Positions 48,734-60,955 of a stretch of 64,000 bases of DNA are shown in pieces. The notes below the pieces were generated by a model. The model saw only the letters and a list, made by a program, of their open reading frames with translations, did no database searches and was not told the DNA's origin. The stretch lies in contig OZ253376.1 of the NCBI GenBank assembly GCA_965261005.1, positions 128,001 to 192,000 of the forward strand, written 5' to 3'. The position numbers and the translations under genes were made by a program. The stretch's first letter is position 1. Every line of letters begins with the position of its first letter. This DNA is from Deinococcus sp. (GTDB lineage: Bacteria > Deinococcota > Deinococci > Deinococcales > Deinococcaceae).

Positions 48734-49653
48734 GCGTTCTCCTTTACGGCGTCGCGCAGCCGCTCGCGGAACAGGGCGTCAAAGGCGGGCAGGTTCAAAT
48801 TCACGGCGACGCGGTGGGGCGCGGTCCCGCCCTCCTCGAACACGACGGTGCCGGGTTCGGGGGCGCCCAGGTCCACGCGGGCGCGCGCCGGTACAGTCCC
48901 GATCAGGTCGTCCCGAAAGGTGGACAGCGCCGTCAACGGATCGTACATCGGCGAGAAGTCGCGCCCGATCCAGCGAAACCAGACCGCGTGCAGGGCGGCG
49001 AGGGCCTCGACCAAGGAACCGCCGATCCCCCGCAGTTCCTCCAAGTCCGCCCGGGTCATGCGCGTCTGGACGCCGACGTTGTAGCCCACGATGGTCACCG
49101 GCAGGCCGCTCCTGAGCACCAAGTCGGCGGCCAGGGGATCGCAGGCGACGTTGTGCTCGCTTCGGGCGTTCCCTTGGCCGAAGCCCCCGAAGTCCGCGCC
49201 CATCCACACCACCCGCGCGAGCCGCCGGGTCGCCTCCGGGTGCAGCGTCAGTGCCAGGGCCAGGTTGGTGAGGGGGCCGATGGCGAGAAAGGTGAGCGGC
49301 TCGCCCCGTTCGGCGCCCCGCGCGGCGAGGTCGGCGATCAGGTGTGGGGCGCCGAGCGGGTGCGCGTCGCGCCGCCAATTCACGTCCGAGAGGTCGAGGC
49401 CCTCACCTTCGTAGCCGTCCCAGCCGCGCCACGGGACGTTCCCGAGCGGCAGGCCCGCGCCGACCGCGACGGGGGCCGGGTGCCCGAGAAGCTTTAGCAG
49501 CTTCAGGGCGATCTCGGCGCGCGTGAAGGTGTCGCCGCAGACGGTCGTGACCGCCCGCAGATCGAGTTCTGGCGCGGTCGCCGCGAGGACGAGGGCGTAG
49601 GCGTCGTCGATGTCGGTGCCGATGTCGGTGTCGAGCAGAATCGGCAGGATCAC
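48730..49653 (-). CDS. nucleoside hydrolase (IUNH family)
   Basis: LDTDIGTDIDD, IGPLTN, EHN...DP, YDP. Confidence 0.85.
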   Translation of the reverse strand: MILPILLDTDIGTDIDDAYALVLAATAPELDLRAVTTVCGDTFTRAEIALKLLKLLGHPAPVAVGAGLPLGNVPWRGWDGYEGEGLDLSDVNWRRDAHPLGAPHLIADLAARGAERGEPLTFLAIGPLTNLALALTLHPEATRRLARVVWMGADFGGFGQGNARSEHNVACDPLAADLVLRSGLPVTIVGYNVGVQTRMTRADLEELRGIGGSLVEALAALHAVWFRWIGRDFSPMYDPLTALSTFRDDLIGTVPARARVDLGAPEPGTVVFEEGGTAPHRVAVNLNLPAFDALFRERLRDAVKENA

Positions 49654-49755
49654 GGCCTGGCCCCCGGCCACCGATTGATCGTGGCGTTCAGCACGAGCGC
49701 CCGGCTCTCGTCCTGCCAAAGGTGACGTCGGCGGGCGGCAGATCACATAGGGCCA

Positions 49756-49756
<1 letters not shown>
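49650..49756 (-). pseudogene. internally deleted gene stub between GH1 and nucleoside hydrolase
   Basis: TGATG-coupled start and GTGA-coupled end, 107 bp apart and out of frame. Confidence 0.45.
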
Positions 49757-52642
<2,886 letters not shown>

Positions 52643-52713
52643 GGTTAGACTCCTTTCGACCTTTTTTCAAGGTCAGACACGCGAAACGAAACGGGAACGG
52701 AGAGCGCCCCGCC

Positions 52714-53583
52714 TCAGCCCTTGACGGCCCCGGCGATGGCGTCCACGAAGTAGCGTTGCAAAAAGAAAAACAGCAGCATGATCGGCAGAATGGTGATGAC
52801 GGCCCCGGCCGCGATCCAGGTCCACTGGGTCTGGTTCTCACCGATAAAGGCTTGCAGCCCCACCGCCAGCGTGCGCAGCTTGGGGTTGCCGATGGTGAAG
52901 ATCAGCGGGATGAAGAACGAGTTCCACGAGTACATGAAGTGAAACAGGCCCACGGTGGCGATCATCGGCGTGGCCTACGGCAGCGCGACCGACCAAAAGG
53001 TGCGCGGCAAGCTCGCGCCGTCAATCTGCGCGGCCTCCTCCAACTCCCTTGGCAGCGTCGTGAAGTAGCCGCTGAACAGAATGGTGTTGTAGATGATTGA
53101 CCCTGCGGTGACCACGATGATCACCGACCACAGCGTGTTGAGCAGCCCCAGCTTGTTCACCAGGTCGAACAGCGGCAAGATGGTGTAGCCGCCGGGAATG
53201 AAGAACAGCGCCAGCATCACGGCGATCACCGCCGCGCGACCCGGAAAGGTCGTGCGCGCCAGCACGTAGCCCGCCGCCGAGGACAGCAGGATGAGGAGGG
53301 CGGTGGACGCAGACGCGAACAGCACCGTGTTGAAAAAATAGGTGCCGAAGTTCCCCTTGCTCCAAGCGTCGGCGTAGTTGTGCCACTGCGGCGCGGCGGG
53401 CAGCACGCTCAGGCCGGCGGTGAAGAACTCGCCGGACGTCTTGAGCGAGCTGCCGACCATCCACAGAAAGGGAAAGATGTAAAAGGCGCCGACGGCGAGC
53501 AGAACGAGGTGCGTGAGCAGACCCCGGAAGCGCGTGATCGAAACGGGGGGACGGCTTGAGCGGGGCGTGGGCAGGACGGTCAC
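52714..53583 (-). pseudogene. carbohydrate ABC permease with in-frame amber stop
   Basis: ELEEAAQIDGA...SVALP[TAG 52975-52977]ATPMIATV...WNSF; both halves in the same frame. Confidence 0.85.
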
Positions 53584-54578
53584 GAACGGGCCTCCGTTTC
53601 CAGGCCGGGGCGGCGCACGCCCAAGAGGCGGTAGGCCAGCAGCTGCGCGCCGCTCAGCAGAATGGTCAGCAGCCCCATGAACAGCGCCGCCGCCGAGGCG
53701 AAGCCCACGTTGGCGTTTTGGCTGCCAAAGGCGTTGCGGTAGATGTAGGTGCTCACGACCTCGGTGCCCGACAGCAAGCTGGTCGCGCCCAGACCGCTGA
53801 GCGCCACCACCAACTCGAACACCCCCAGCGCCCCCATCACCGCCAGAAAGACGATCACCACGCCGGGGGCGCGCAGCATTGGCAGCGTGACGCGAAAGAA
53901 CTCCTGCCGGGCGGTGGCCCCGTCCATGCGCGCGGCCTCGTACAGCTCCTGCGGAATGCCCTGAAGCGCGGCCAGAAAGTACACCATGTTGTAGCCGATG
54001 CCGTGCCACACCCCGACCAGGGCGATCATCCACAGCGCCGTGCGCGGGTCGGAAAGCAAATTGAGCAGCTCACCCCGCCACAGCAGGCCCGCCCCTTGCA
54101 GCAGGTCGCTGAGCGGCTGGCTGAGGCCGGTGAAGATAAAGCCGATCACGATGCCCATCACCAGCTGCGACGTGACCGCCGGGCTGAAAAACAGCGCCCG
54201 GTAAAGGTTGCGCCCCCGCAGCTTGGGGTTGTTGAGCACCAGCGCCAACATCAGCGAGAGCAGCAGTTGCAGCGGCACGACCGCCAGCACGTACGCAAAG
54301 GTGTGGCGAAAGGCCGCCCAGAAAAACGAGTCCCGCGCCACCCGCCGGAAGTTCTCCAGCCCCACGTAGGCGCTCGGGGCGCCGATGCCGTTCCAGTTGT
54401 ACAGGGTGTACGGGTACGAGGCGATTAGCGGGTAGACCACAAAGGCGAGGACCAGCAGCACCGGGGGCGCCAGCATCAGGTACGACCAGCGGGCGGCGAC
54501 CAGGCGCGACCACAAGTTGGGGCGTCCGCGGGCGGGGGCGGCGGTCCTGGGACGGACGGAGTCGGCAGGCGTGGACAC
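53580..54578 (-). CDS. carbohydrate ABC permease
   Basis: VGLENF, LAALQGIPQELYEAARMDGA. Confidence 0.93.
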   Translation of the reverse strand: MSTPADSVRPRTAAPARGRPNLWSRLVAARWSYLMLAPPVLLVLAFVVYPLIASYPYTLYNWNGIGAPSAYVGLENFRRVARDSFFWAAFRHTFAYVLAVVPLQLLLSLMLALVLNNPKLRGRNLYRALFFSPAVTSQLVMGIVIGFIFTGLSQPLSDLLQGAGLLWRGELLNLLSDPRTALWMIALVGVWHGIGYNMVYFLAALQGIPQELYEAARMDGATARQEFFRVTLPMLRAPGVVIVFLAVMGALGVFELVVALSGLGATSLLSGTEVVSTYIYRNAFGSQNANVGFASAAALFMGLLTILLSGAQLLAYRLLGVRRPGLETEARS

Positions 54579-54596
54579 GTGTACCTCTTGCGGGGA

Positions 54597-54619
54597 AGGG
54601 GCGCCGGGTAGGCGCCCCT
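54597..54619 (-). terminator. hairpin after the sugar SBP gene
   Basis: AGGGGCGCC-N5-GGCGCCCCT. Confidence 0.5.
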
Positions 54620-54624
54620 GTCTC

Positions 54625-56088
54625 TCACTTCACCGACGCTTGATCCTTGGCCGGGTTCCAATTGGGAAAGGTGAAGTCGGCGCGCGTCACCTTGCTGCCG
54701 CCCTTGCGCGCGGCGGCGATGGCGTCGTCGAGGGCCTGGTTGTAGCGGTCCTCCAAGTCTTTCAGGACGCCCGGCACGTCGCTCTTCTTGAGCTGCCCGG
54801 TGTAGGCCGCCAGCACGTAGTACTCCAAGTTGGGCGTCGGCTCCTGAAACTTCACGTCGGCGAGTTGCGGGCGCAGCGCGTTAAAGGCGGGCGCGACGCG
54901 GCCGTTCGAGATCAGCACGCGGGCGGCGTCGCCGGCGCGGCCGGTCGCGAGCTTGGCCGTGTCGGGCCACACCCGCACCGCCTCGCCGTAACTTACCCAG
55001 CGGTCGGCCGAGGCGCGCGAGTTCAGGAACGAAAAGAGCTTCCAAGCCTCTTCCGGGTGCTGGGTCTTGCTGGAGATCGCCAGCTCGAAGCTCGCCGGAA
55101 TGGTGCGGTAATAGGCGGTAGAGGACGGCCCGCCCTTCACCGGCAGCGTGGCGACGGTGTAGTCATCGAAGCCCGGGTTGGTCTGCTTCAGGGACGGCAC
55201 CACCCACGACCCGTTGACGTACATGCCGAACTTGCCCTCCGCAAACACCGGGCGAATCTGCTCGTCGTTGAGGCTGATGGACTGCGGCAGAATGGTGCCG
55301 TCATTCTTCATGTCAATCCAGCTCTCGAACCACTGCCGAAAGAGGGGGTTGGAGGCGAACTCGAAGCGGCCGGTCTTGTAGTTGAAGTAGTAGTAGCCGA
55401 GGTCGGTGTTGCCCGGCGCGGGCACGCCGGAAGCGCGCAAACTCTGCATCTGGATGTTGAGCACGTAGTCGCCCTGCTTGGCCCCGAAGCCCAGGCCGTA
55501 CACCTTGCCGCCCGAGCGCTGGGCGATCTGCTGGGCGAACTTGCGCGCCTGCGCCCAGGTCTTGGGCACCAGCACCTTGCCGCCGGCGTCCACCAAGCCC
55601 GCGTCGCGAAAGACCTTGTTGTTGATGTAGAGCGCCAGGTAGTTGGCAGCGTTGGACACCCACGGCGCGGAATACACCTTGCCGTCAAAGACGTTGACGC
55701 CCTCGGCAAAGGAGTTCGCCGGAAAGCCGGCCTGCCACTGCGGGGTGGCCCACTTGTTGAGCGGCAGCAGCCACCCGCTGTTGATGGCGTCCTGAATAGT
55801 CACCCCGCCGTCGGTGGGCACCACGAACACGTCGGGCGCGTTGCCGCTCTTAAAGGCGAGGTTGACCACTTGGGTGTACTGCTGGCCCGAGGTGGGCGTG
55901 ATCTCGACCTTGATGCCGGGGTTCTGCTTTTCAAACAGCGCGATCTCCTTTTGAAAGGAATCGCTCGAAGCGATGCGGTTGTGCCACAGCTTGAGGACGA
56001 CGGGCTGTTGCGCCTGTTGCAGGGCGCGGCCCGCCAGCAGGGCGGCGCTGAGCGCGAGGGCGGTGCGAATAACCTTGGTGTAGGGCAT
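54625..56088 (-). CDS. carbohydrate ABC substrate-binding protein
   Basis: Signal peptide; FEKQNPGIKV, APDVF, YINNKVF, FAEGKFGMYVNGSW. Confidence 0.92.
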   Translation of the reverse strand: MPYTKVIRTALALSAALLAGRALQQAQQPVVLKLWHNRIASSDSFQKEIALFEKQNPGIKVEITPTSGQQYTQVVNLAFKSGNAPDVFVVPTDGGVTIQDAINSGWLLPLNKWATPQWQAGFPANSFAEGVNVFDGKVYSAPWVSNAANYLALYINNKVFRDAGLVDAGGKVLVPKTWAQARKFAQQIAQRSGGKVYGLGFGAKQGDYVLNIQMQSLRASGVPAPGNTDLGYYYFNYKTGRFEFASNPLFRQWFESWIDMKNDGTILPQSISLNDEQIRPVFAEGKFGMYVNGSWVVPSLKQTNPGFDDYTVATLPVKGGPSSTAYYRTIPASFELAISSKTQHPEEAWKLFSFLNSRASADRWVSYGEAVRVWPDTAKLATGRAGDAARVLISNGRVAPAFNALRPQLADVKFQEPTPNLEYYVLAAYTGQLKKSDVPGVLKDLEDRYNQALDDAIAAARKGGSKVTRADFTFPNWNPAKDQASVK

Positions 56089-56139
56089 GAACTCCTCCTG
56101 GTATGGCGTTGGGTAATGAAGGGATGAAGGGTGGCTTGT

Positions 56140-57162
56140 TCAGGCGGGCGGGCCGGTGGAATCCCGCACCACCAAGCGGCTGGGCAACTCGATGTGGCGT
56201 TCCTGGGTGGTGCCCGCGAGCAAATCGAGCAGCAGCGTGGCGGCCTGATGACCGAGGTCGTGCAGCGGGTGATGGACGGTGGTGAGCGCCGGCCGCACCT
56301 GGCCCGCCATCGGCACGTCGTCGAAGCCGACCACCGAGAGGTCCCCCGGCACCCGCAGGCCCCGTTCGCGGGCCGCCTCGATCACCCCAAAGGCGCAGAA
56401 GTCGTTGGCGGCGAAAATGGCGCTGGGCGGCTGCGGCAAGTCGAGCAGCGCGTGCCCCGCTCCCCGCCCCTGCGGCACGTGCAGCCCGCCCGGATGCAGC
56501 AGCGCCGGATCGAAGGGCAGGCCCGCCGCCGCGAGGGCCGCCTGGTACCCTTCCAGCCGCAAGGCGCCGTCGGGCCGCTCGGGGCTGAGCGCTGAGTCCG
56601 GCCGCCCCGTCACGAAGCCGATGCGGCGGTGGCCGAGGGCGAGCAGGTGTTCTGTGGCGGCGCGCGCCCCAAGCAGGTTCTCGGGATTGACGGTGGGCAG
56701 GTCACCCACGTTCCAGGCATTGATCAGCACGACCGGCGCGCGGCTGTACTGAAGCTGCCCGAGGAGGCCGGGGGAGCCGTGCGGCGCGACGATGATCAGC
56801 CCGTCCGAGACCCCGCTCGATAAGGTGGCGACCCGCGCCCGCTCGCGCTCCGGGTCGTTCGAGGAGGTGTACAGCACCAAGTCGAGGCCGCGCTCGCGAA
56901 TGGCCTCGCTGGCCCCGCGCACGATCTCAGCGAAGTAGGGGTTGCTCAGGTCCTGCACCAAGAGGCCCAAGATGTCGGTGCGCCCGCCGCGCAGGCTGCG
57001 GGCGGCGGCGTTGGCCACGTATCCAAGTTGGCCCGCAGCCTCGATGACCCGGGCGCGGGTGTGCTCGGAAATCCGGTCGCGGCCGTTGAGCGCTTTGGAC
57101 ACGGTCATAGAGGAAACCCCGGCGAGTCTGGCCACGTCGGCGACGGTGACGGCTTTGCGCAT
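56140..57162 (-). CDS. LacI family regulator
   Basis: TVADVARLAGVSSMTVSKALN, LGHRRIG, VPGDLSVVGFDD, LTTV. Confidence 0.95.
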   Translation of the reverse strand: MRKAVTVADVARLAGVSSMTVSKALNGRDRISEHTRARVIEAAGQLGYVANAAARSLRGGRTDILGLLVQDLSNPYFAEIVRGASEAIRERGLDLVLYTSSNDPERERARVATLSSGVSDGLIIVAPHGSPGLLGQLQYSRAPVVLINAWNVGDLPTVNPENLLGARAATEHLLALGHRRIGFVTGRPDSALSPERPDGALRLEGYQAALAAAGLPFDPALLHPGGLHVPQGRGAGHALLDLPQPPSAIFAANDFCAFGVIEAARERGLRVPGDLSVVGFDDVPMAGQVRPALTTVHHPLHDLGHQAATLLLDLLAGTTQERHIELPSRLVVRDSTGPPA

Positions 57163-57214
57163 GCTCTCCTTTCGGTCATTTCAGGCTGGCCCAGAAGGAT
57201 AGGACTGGAAAGCA

Positions 57215-57283
57215 GAGTTAACGTTAACTCACTGGATTCTGCCAGCCGACGGGCGGTATTGCGGGTTGGGTTAGCGTTAACTC
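57215..57283. promoter_or_regulatory. two LacI-type operators
   Basis: Perfect palindrome GAGTTAACGTTAACTC (57215-57230); GGGTTAGCGTTAACTC (57268-57283, 2 mismatches); central CG. Confidence 0.75.
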
Positions 57284-57331
57284 GTAGGGTAAACGCGGCT
57301 GTGGCGGTTGTCAAGAGAGAAGACGTCGTCT

Positions 57332-57493
57332 CTAGTCTGGACGACCAGCGCGGATCAGGGCGGGGTCCACCAAGCTGCCGCCCACCCCGAGGGCCGGCGC
57401 CCCCGCCTCCAGGGGAATGTGGCTCAGCGGCCCCTCTTGCAGCGGCTGAAACAGCGCCATAGCTTCGCCCAGCGTCACCACATCGGTCGTCAC
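57332..57493 (-). pseudogene. 53-aa fusion stub: KDG kinase (PfkB) N-terminus joined to KDPG/KHG aldolase C-terminal segment
   Basis: MTTDVVTLGEAMALFQPLQEGPLSHIP + LEAGAPALGVGGSLVDPALIRAGRPD*. Confidence 0.65.
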
Positions 57494-57541
57494 CTTCGGT
57501 CTCCCACGAACAATTCTACGTTCGGCCCGCTGACGCTGGAA

Positions 57542-58273
57542 TTACCACGGCATGGGGCCGTCAATGTTGAAGAAGCCGGCGGTTGGCCCATCCTCCGGCA
57601 GCGTGGCGAGGCGCACGGCGGGGATGGCCCCGTCCTGCACGCTGTTGAAACCCTGCTGTCCGGTCAGGTCGGTGGCCACGTAGCCGGGGTCCGCGCTGTT
57701 CACCTTGATGCCCTCCGCCCGCAGTTCGTTGGCGAGCTGCACGGTCACGGCGTTGAGGGCCGCTTTGCTGGCGGCGTAAGCCAACTGCCAATAGGCTGAG
57801 CGCAGATTCTCCGGGTCGCTGGTGAGGGTCAGTGACCCCATCGCGCTCCCCATGTTCACGATGCGGGCGGCGTCCGAGCGGCGCAGCAGCGGCAACATGG
57901 CCTGCGTGACCCGCACCACGCCGAACACGTTGGTGTCGAAGGTGCGCTGCATGGTCGAGAGGGGCAACTGGCTGGGCGGCAAGTCGTCCAGCAGGACGCC
58001 CACGTTGTTGACCAGCACGTCGAGTTTGCCGAAACGTTCGGTAAGCATAGCGGCGGCGGCGGCGACGCTGGCTTCATCCGTCACGTCCAGCGCCATGAAT
58101 TCGACACTGAGGCTCTCGGCACGCAAGGTCTCGGCGGCCTGCTCACCACGGGCCGGGTCGCGGGCGCCGAGCAGCACCAGGTGGCCCTGTTGACCCAGCT
58201 GGCGGGCGACTTCAAAGCCGATTCCCTTGTTGGCACCGGTCACCAAAGCGGTGGGGTTGGTCGTTGCTGTCAT
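57542..58273 (-). CDS. SDR oxidoreductase (carbonyl reductase-like)
   Basis: TGANKGIG, YAASK, DPGYVATD. Confidence 0.93.
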   Translation of the reverse strand: MTATTNPTALVTGANKGIGFEVARQLGQQGHLVLLGARDPARGEQAAETLRAESLSVEFMALDVTDEASVAAAAAMLTERFGKLDVLVNNVGVLLDDLPPSQLPLSTMQRTFDTNVFGVVRVTQAMLPLLRRSDAARIVNMGSAMGSLTLTSDPENLRSAYWQLAYAASKAALNAVTVQLANELRAEGIKVNSADPGYVATDLTGQQGFNSVQDGAIPAVRLATLPEDGPTAGFFNIDGPMPW

Positions 58274-58285
58274 GTGTTCCTCCTG

Positions 58286-58305
58286 AATAGACTGATCTGT
58301 TTATA
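58286..58305. promoter_or_regulatory. NemR-box-like operator upstream of SDR
   Basis: AATAGACTGATCTGTTTATA, similar to 58945-58964. Confidence 0.6.
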
Positions 58306-58354
58306 CGGAGATTATAAGAAAAGACATGCGCCCCTGCCAAAGACGCGCTGAAAG

Positions 58355-58936
58355 CTAGCGCAACACTTTGCGAAAAGTGATGTCGAGAAAAGTCTGAAGG
58401 GGATCGGCCGACCGTTGGGTTTTCATCTGCATCAAGGCCCCCTCCCACGCGTCGAGCACGAAGCCGGCGAGCCGCTCGGCCGATTCTTCCGGATCGAGTT
58501 CTGCGGCCTGCTGGGCCTCCAACAGACAGGCAACAAGCTGCCCTCGCCAGCGCCGGAACAACGAGGCCAGCGCCGTTCTGGCGGCCTCGTCGCGCCCTGA
58601 CAATTCCTGGCTGAGCATGCCGAGCACACACCCGTAGGCACACCCCTCCTGTACAAGCACGGCGATCATCGCCTCGAAGTAGGCCCGCAGACGGTGCAAC
58701 GGCGACCTCGACTCGTCGTGCAGGTAGGGTTCAAAGGCGAGCGATCCGTCCTCGTGCCAGCGGGTCGCCACGGTCAGCATAAATTCGTGCTTGTTCTCGA
58801 AGTGGTGATAGAACGAGCCGCGGGGTACGTCGGCCTTCGCCAAAATGGCGTGGGTTCCCGCGTATTCATAGCCTCCTTCCCGAATCAAGGAGACGCCTGC
58901 ATTGATCAAAGCTTCGCGCGCATCTCCATAAGCCAT
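58355..58936 (-). CDS. TetR family regulator (NemR-like)
   Basis: GTHAILAKADVPRGSFYHHFENK, GCVLG, WEGA. Confidence 0.9.
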   Translation of the reverse strand: MAYGDAREALINAGVSLIREGGYEYAGTHAILAKADVPRGSFYHHFENKHEFMLTVATRWHEDGSLAFEPYLHDESRSPLHRLRAYFEAMIAVLVQEGCAYGCVLGMLSQELSGRDEAARTALASLFRRWRGQLVACLLEAQQAAELDPEESAERLAGFVLDAWEGALMQMKTQRSADPLQTFLDITFRKVLR

Positions 58937-58971
58937 GCGCGAACAATAGACCGATGTGTCTATTTTGTCAA
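58937..58971 (-). promoter_or_regulatory. leaderless promoter with overlapping operator
   Basis: TTGACA-17-TATTGT-6 nt-ATG; operator AATAGACCGATGTGTCTATT at 58945-58964. Confidence 0.7.
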
Positions 58972-59045
58972 GTGAGGCCCAAGTTGGATGGCCGAAGGGC
59001 GACGGCCCGGCCAAAAGGTCCGCGCAGGGTCGGCGCCGGAAAAGG

Positions 59046-59639
59046 TCAGGGCGGGGCCAGAAAGCGGGTGATCAGCACGCGCAGCAGTTCGGCGGTCGTC
59101 GCCGGATCGAGCGACGGATCGCGCACCGCCGTGATCACAAAGCTGTCGATCACCCCCGTCAGAATGGACGCCGCCGCGTCAGGTTCAAGCGACGGGTCGA
59201 TCTCGCCCCGCACCTGACCGGCGCGCAACGCGTCCGCGAGCAGCTGCCGTATGCCCTGGCTGTGTGCCTGCACGAGTCGGGCGATGGCCGGATTGCGCCC
59301 CGCCTCCACGAGCATGTCGAGCACCAGGACCGTTCCACCGTTCTCATTGCGCGCCTTGGTCCGCTGCATTCCGGCCATCAGCGCCGCGAGGGCGTCCGAA
59401 CTCGCCATCGTCTGGCCGAACTGTTCGGCGGCGCGCTCCAGCACCGCTTCCACGATGGCCTCCAGAATCGCGTCCTTGCTCGCGAAGTAATGGTAGAGGT
59501 GCCCAGGACTGATGCCCGCCTCGGCGCAGATGCCGGAAATGGACGCCCCCCGCAGCCCATCGCGGGCAAAGCAGCGCGTGGCGGCGGCCAGAATCTCCCG
59601 CCGCTTTTCCCCGTGCTTGACCGGATTGACTGTACGCAT
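59046..59639 (-). CDS. TetR family regulator (probably leaderless)
   Basis: ICAEAGISPGHLYHYFASK; TAGACT-6 nt-ATG. Confidence 0.9.
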   Translation of the reverse strand: MRTVNPVKHGEKRREILAAATRCFARDGLRGASISGICAEAGISPGHLYHYFASKDAILEAIVEAVLERAAEQFGQTMASSDALAALMAGMQRTKARNENGGTVLVLDMLVEAGRNPAIARLVQAHSQGIRQLLADALRAGQVRGEIDPSLEPDAAASILTGVIDSFVITAVRDPSLDPATTAELLRVLITRFLAPP

Positions 59640-59673
59640 CGCCCCAGTCTACGAAAACCACTCTAAGAAAACC

Positions 59674-59752
59674 AGAACGTTCAGTCTAACAATCTTGACG
59701 TGGCCCCGGTTCCTCCGTAAAGTAAAGCGTTCACTCTAGAGCGTTTGATCTA
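59674..59752 (+). promoter_or_regulatory. AKR promoter with repeated CGTT-N3-TCTA boxes
   Basis: TTGACG(59695)-17-TAAAGT; boxes near 59674, 59724 and 59739. Confidence 0.5.
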
Positions 59753-59862
59753 GAAATAGCGGGACGGTGAACTCAGGGCGTCGGGTTGGGCTGGCCCAGC
59801 CGACCGTCGTCCCGGTCCCTCTTTTGACGTCGCGGCGTAGCGCGGTGACCTGGAGAAGCACG

Positions 59863-60837
59863 ATGGAAATGAAACGTCTCGGCAAGAACGGCCCGCAGGT
59901 TTCGGCGTTGGGCCTCGGTTCCCACGGCGCGGTCAACACCCCCCAGAGTGACGCGGAACTGGTCGCCACCATTCACGCGGCGCTGGACGCGGGCATCAAC
60001 TTCCTGAACACCGCCGACTTCTACGGCAGCGGTCACCACGAAGCCCTGATCGGCCGCGCCATCAAAGGGCGCCGGGCGGAGGTCTTGCTCAGCGTCAAGT
60101 TCGGCATGATGCTTTCGCCGTCGGGCGGGTTTCTCGGCCTCGACGGCCGCCCGGCCGCCGTCAAGAACTTCGCGGCGTACTCCCTCCAGCGCCTGGGCGT
60201 GGACGTGATCGATATGTACCAGCCGGGCCGCCCCGATCCGGCGGTGCCGTACGAGGAGACCATCGGCGCGATTAAAGAGCTGATCCAGGAAGGCTGGGTG
60301 CGCTATCTGGGCGTCTCCGAGGTGGGAACCGACCACTTGCGCCGCGCCCACCGCGTCCACCCCGTCACCGCGTTGGAAATCGAGTATTCCCTGGCGGCGC
60401 GCTTTGTCGAGCCGGAGATTCTGCCGGCCGCGCGGGAACTGGGCGTCGGCGTCGTGCCGTACCGGGTGCTGGCCGACGGGCTGCTGAGCGGGGCGCTGAC
60501 GAGTGAGCCGGAGCGGGGCGCCGGGGGCTTCGTGGCCCCGCGCTCGCAGGGCGAGAACCTGAGGCACAACGTCGCGGTCGCCGCGTTCCTCAAGGAGATG
60601 GCAACCGACAAGGGGTACACGCCCGCGCAGCTGGCCGTCGCCTGGCTGCTGGCCCAAGGGGACGACATCATCCCGCTGGTGGGCATGCGCAGACGAGCGC
60701 GCCTGGCCGAGAACCTCGCCATTCTCGACATCCGCTTCACGCCGGACGAACTGGCCGCGCTGAACCGGGCCTTTGCGCCCGGCGCGATTCTGGGCGACCG
60801 CTACCCGGCCTTTGTGCAGCAGCTCGCGGCCAAGTGA
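59863..60837 (+). CDS. aldo/keto reductase
   Basis: GPQVSALGLG, NTADFYG, SVKFG, RYLGVSE, IEYS. Confidence 0.9.
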   Translation: MEMKRLGKNGPQVSALGLGSHGAVNTPQSDAELVATIHAALDAGINFLNTADFYGSGHHEALIGRAIKGRRAEVLLSVKFGMMLSPSGGFLGLDGRPAAVKNFAAYSLQRLGVDVIDMYQPGRPDPAVPYEETIGAIKELIQEGWVRYLGVSEVGTDHLRRAHRVHPVTALEIEYSLAARFVEPEILPAARELGVGVVPYRVLADGLLSGALTSEPERGAGGFVAPRSQGENLRHNVAVAAFLKEMATDKGYTPAQLAVAWLLAQGDDIIPLVGMRRRARLAENLAILDIRFTPDELAALNRAFAPGAILGDRYPAFVQQLAAK

Positions 60838-60955
60838 GCGGGGCAGGGACTTTCCAGAACCCGCGTAAGACGTATCTTTAAGGCGTCGGGCAGGGCGCGC
60901 GCCGCTTCCCCACCACCCGCAGCAAACCGCCGCTTATCTTTCAAAGGAGAACCTT

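Noticed and set aside
52975..52977. Pyrrolysine/amber recoding
   Set aside because: No pyl genes in the window, and other genes here end in TAG
52714..56088. Missing ATPase in the sugar ABC as a novelty
   Set aside because: Shared MsiK/MsmX-type ATPases are common for carbohydrate ABC systems
57215..57230. Third parS site (shares TAACGTTA core)
   Set aside because: The flanks differ; its position and paired copy fit LacI operators
59735..59755. IS terminal repeat fragment (CTAGAGCGTTTG)
   Set aside because: No partner end or transposase; it overlaps the probable TetR boxes
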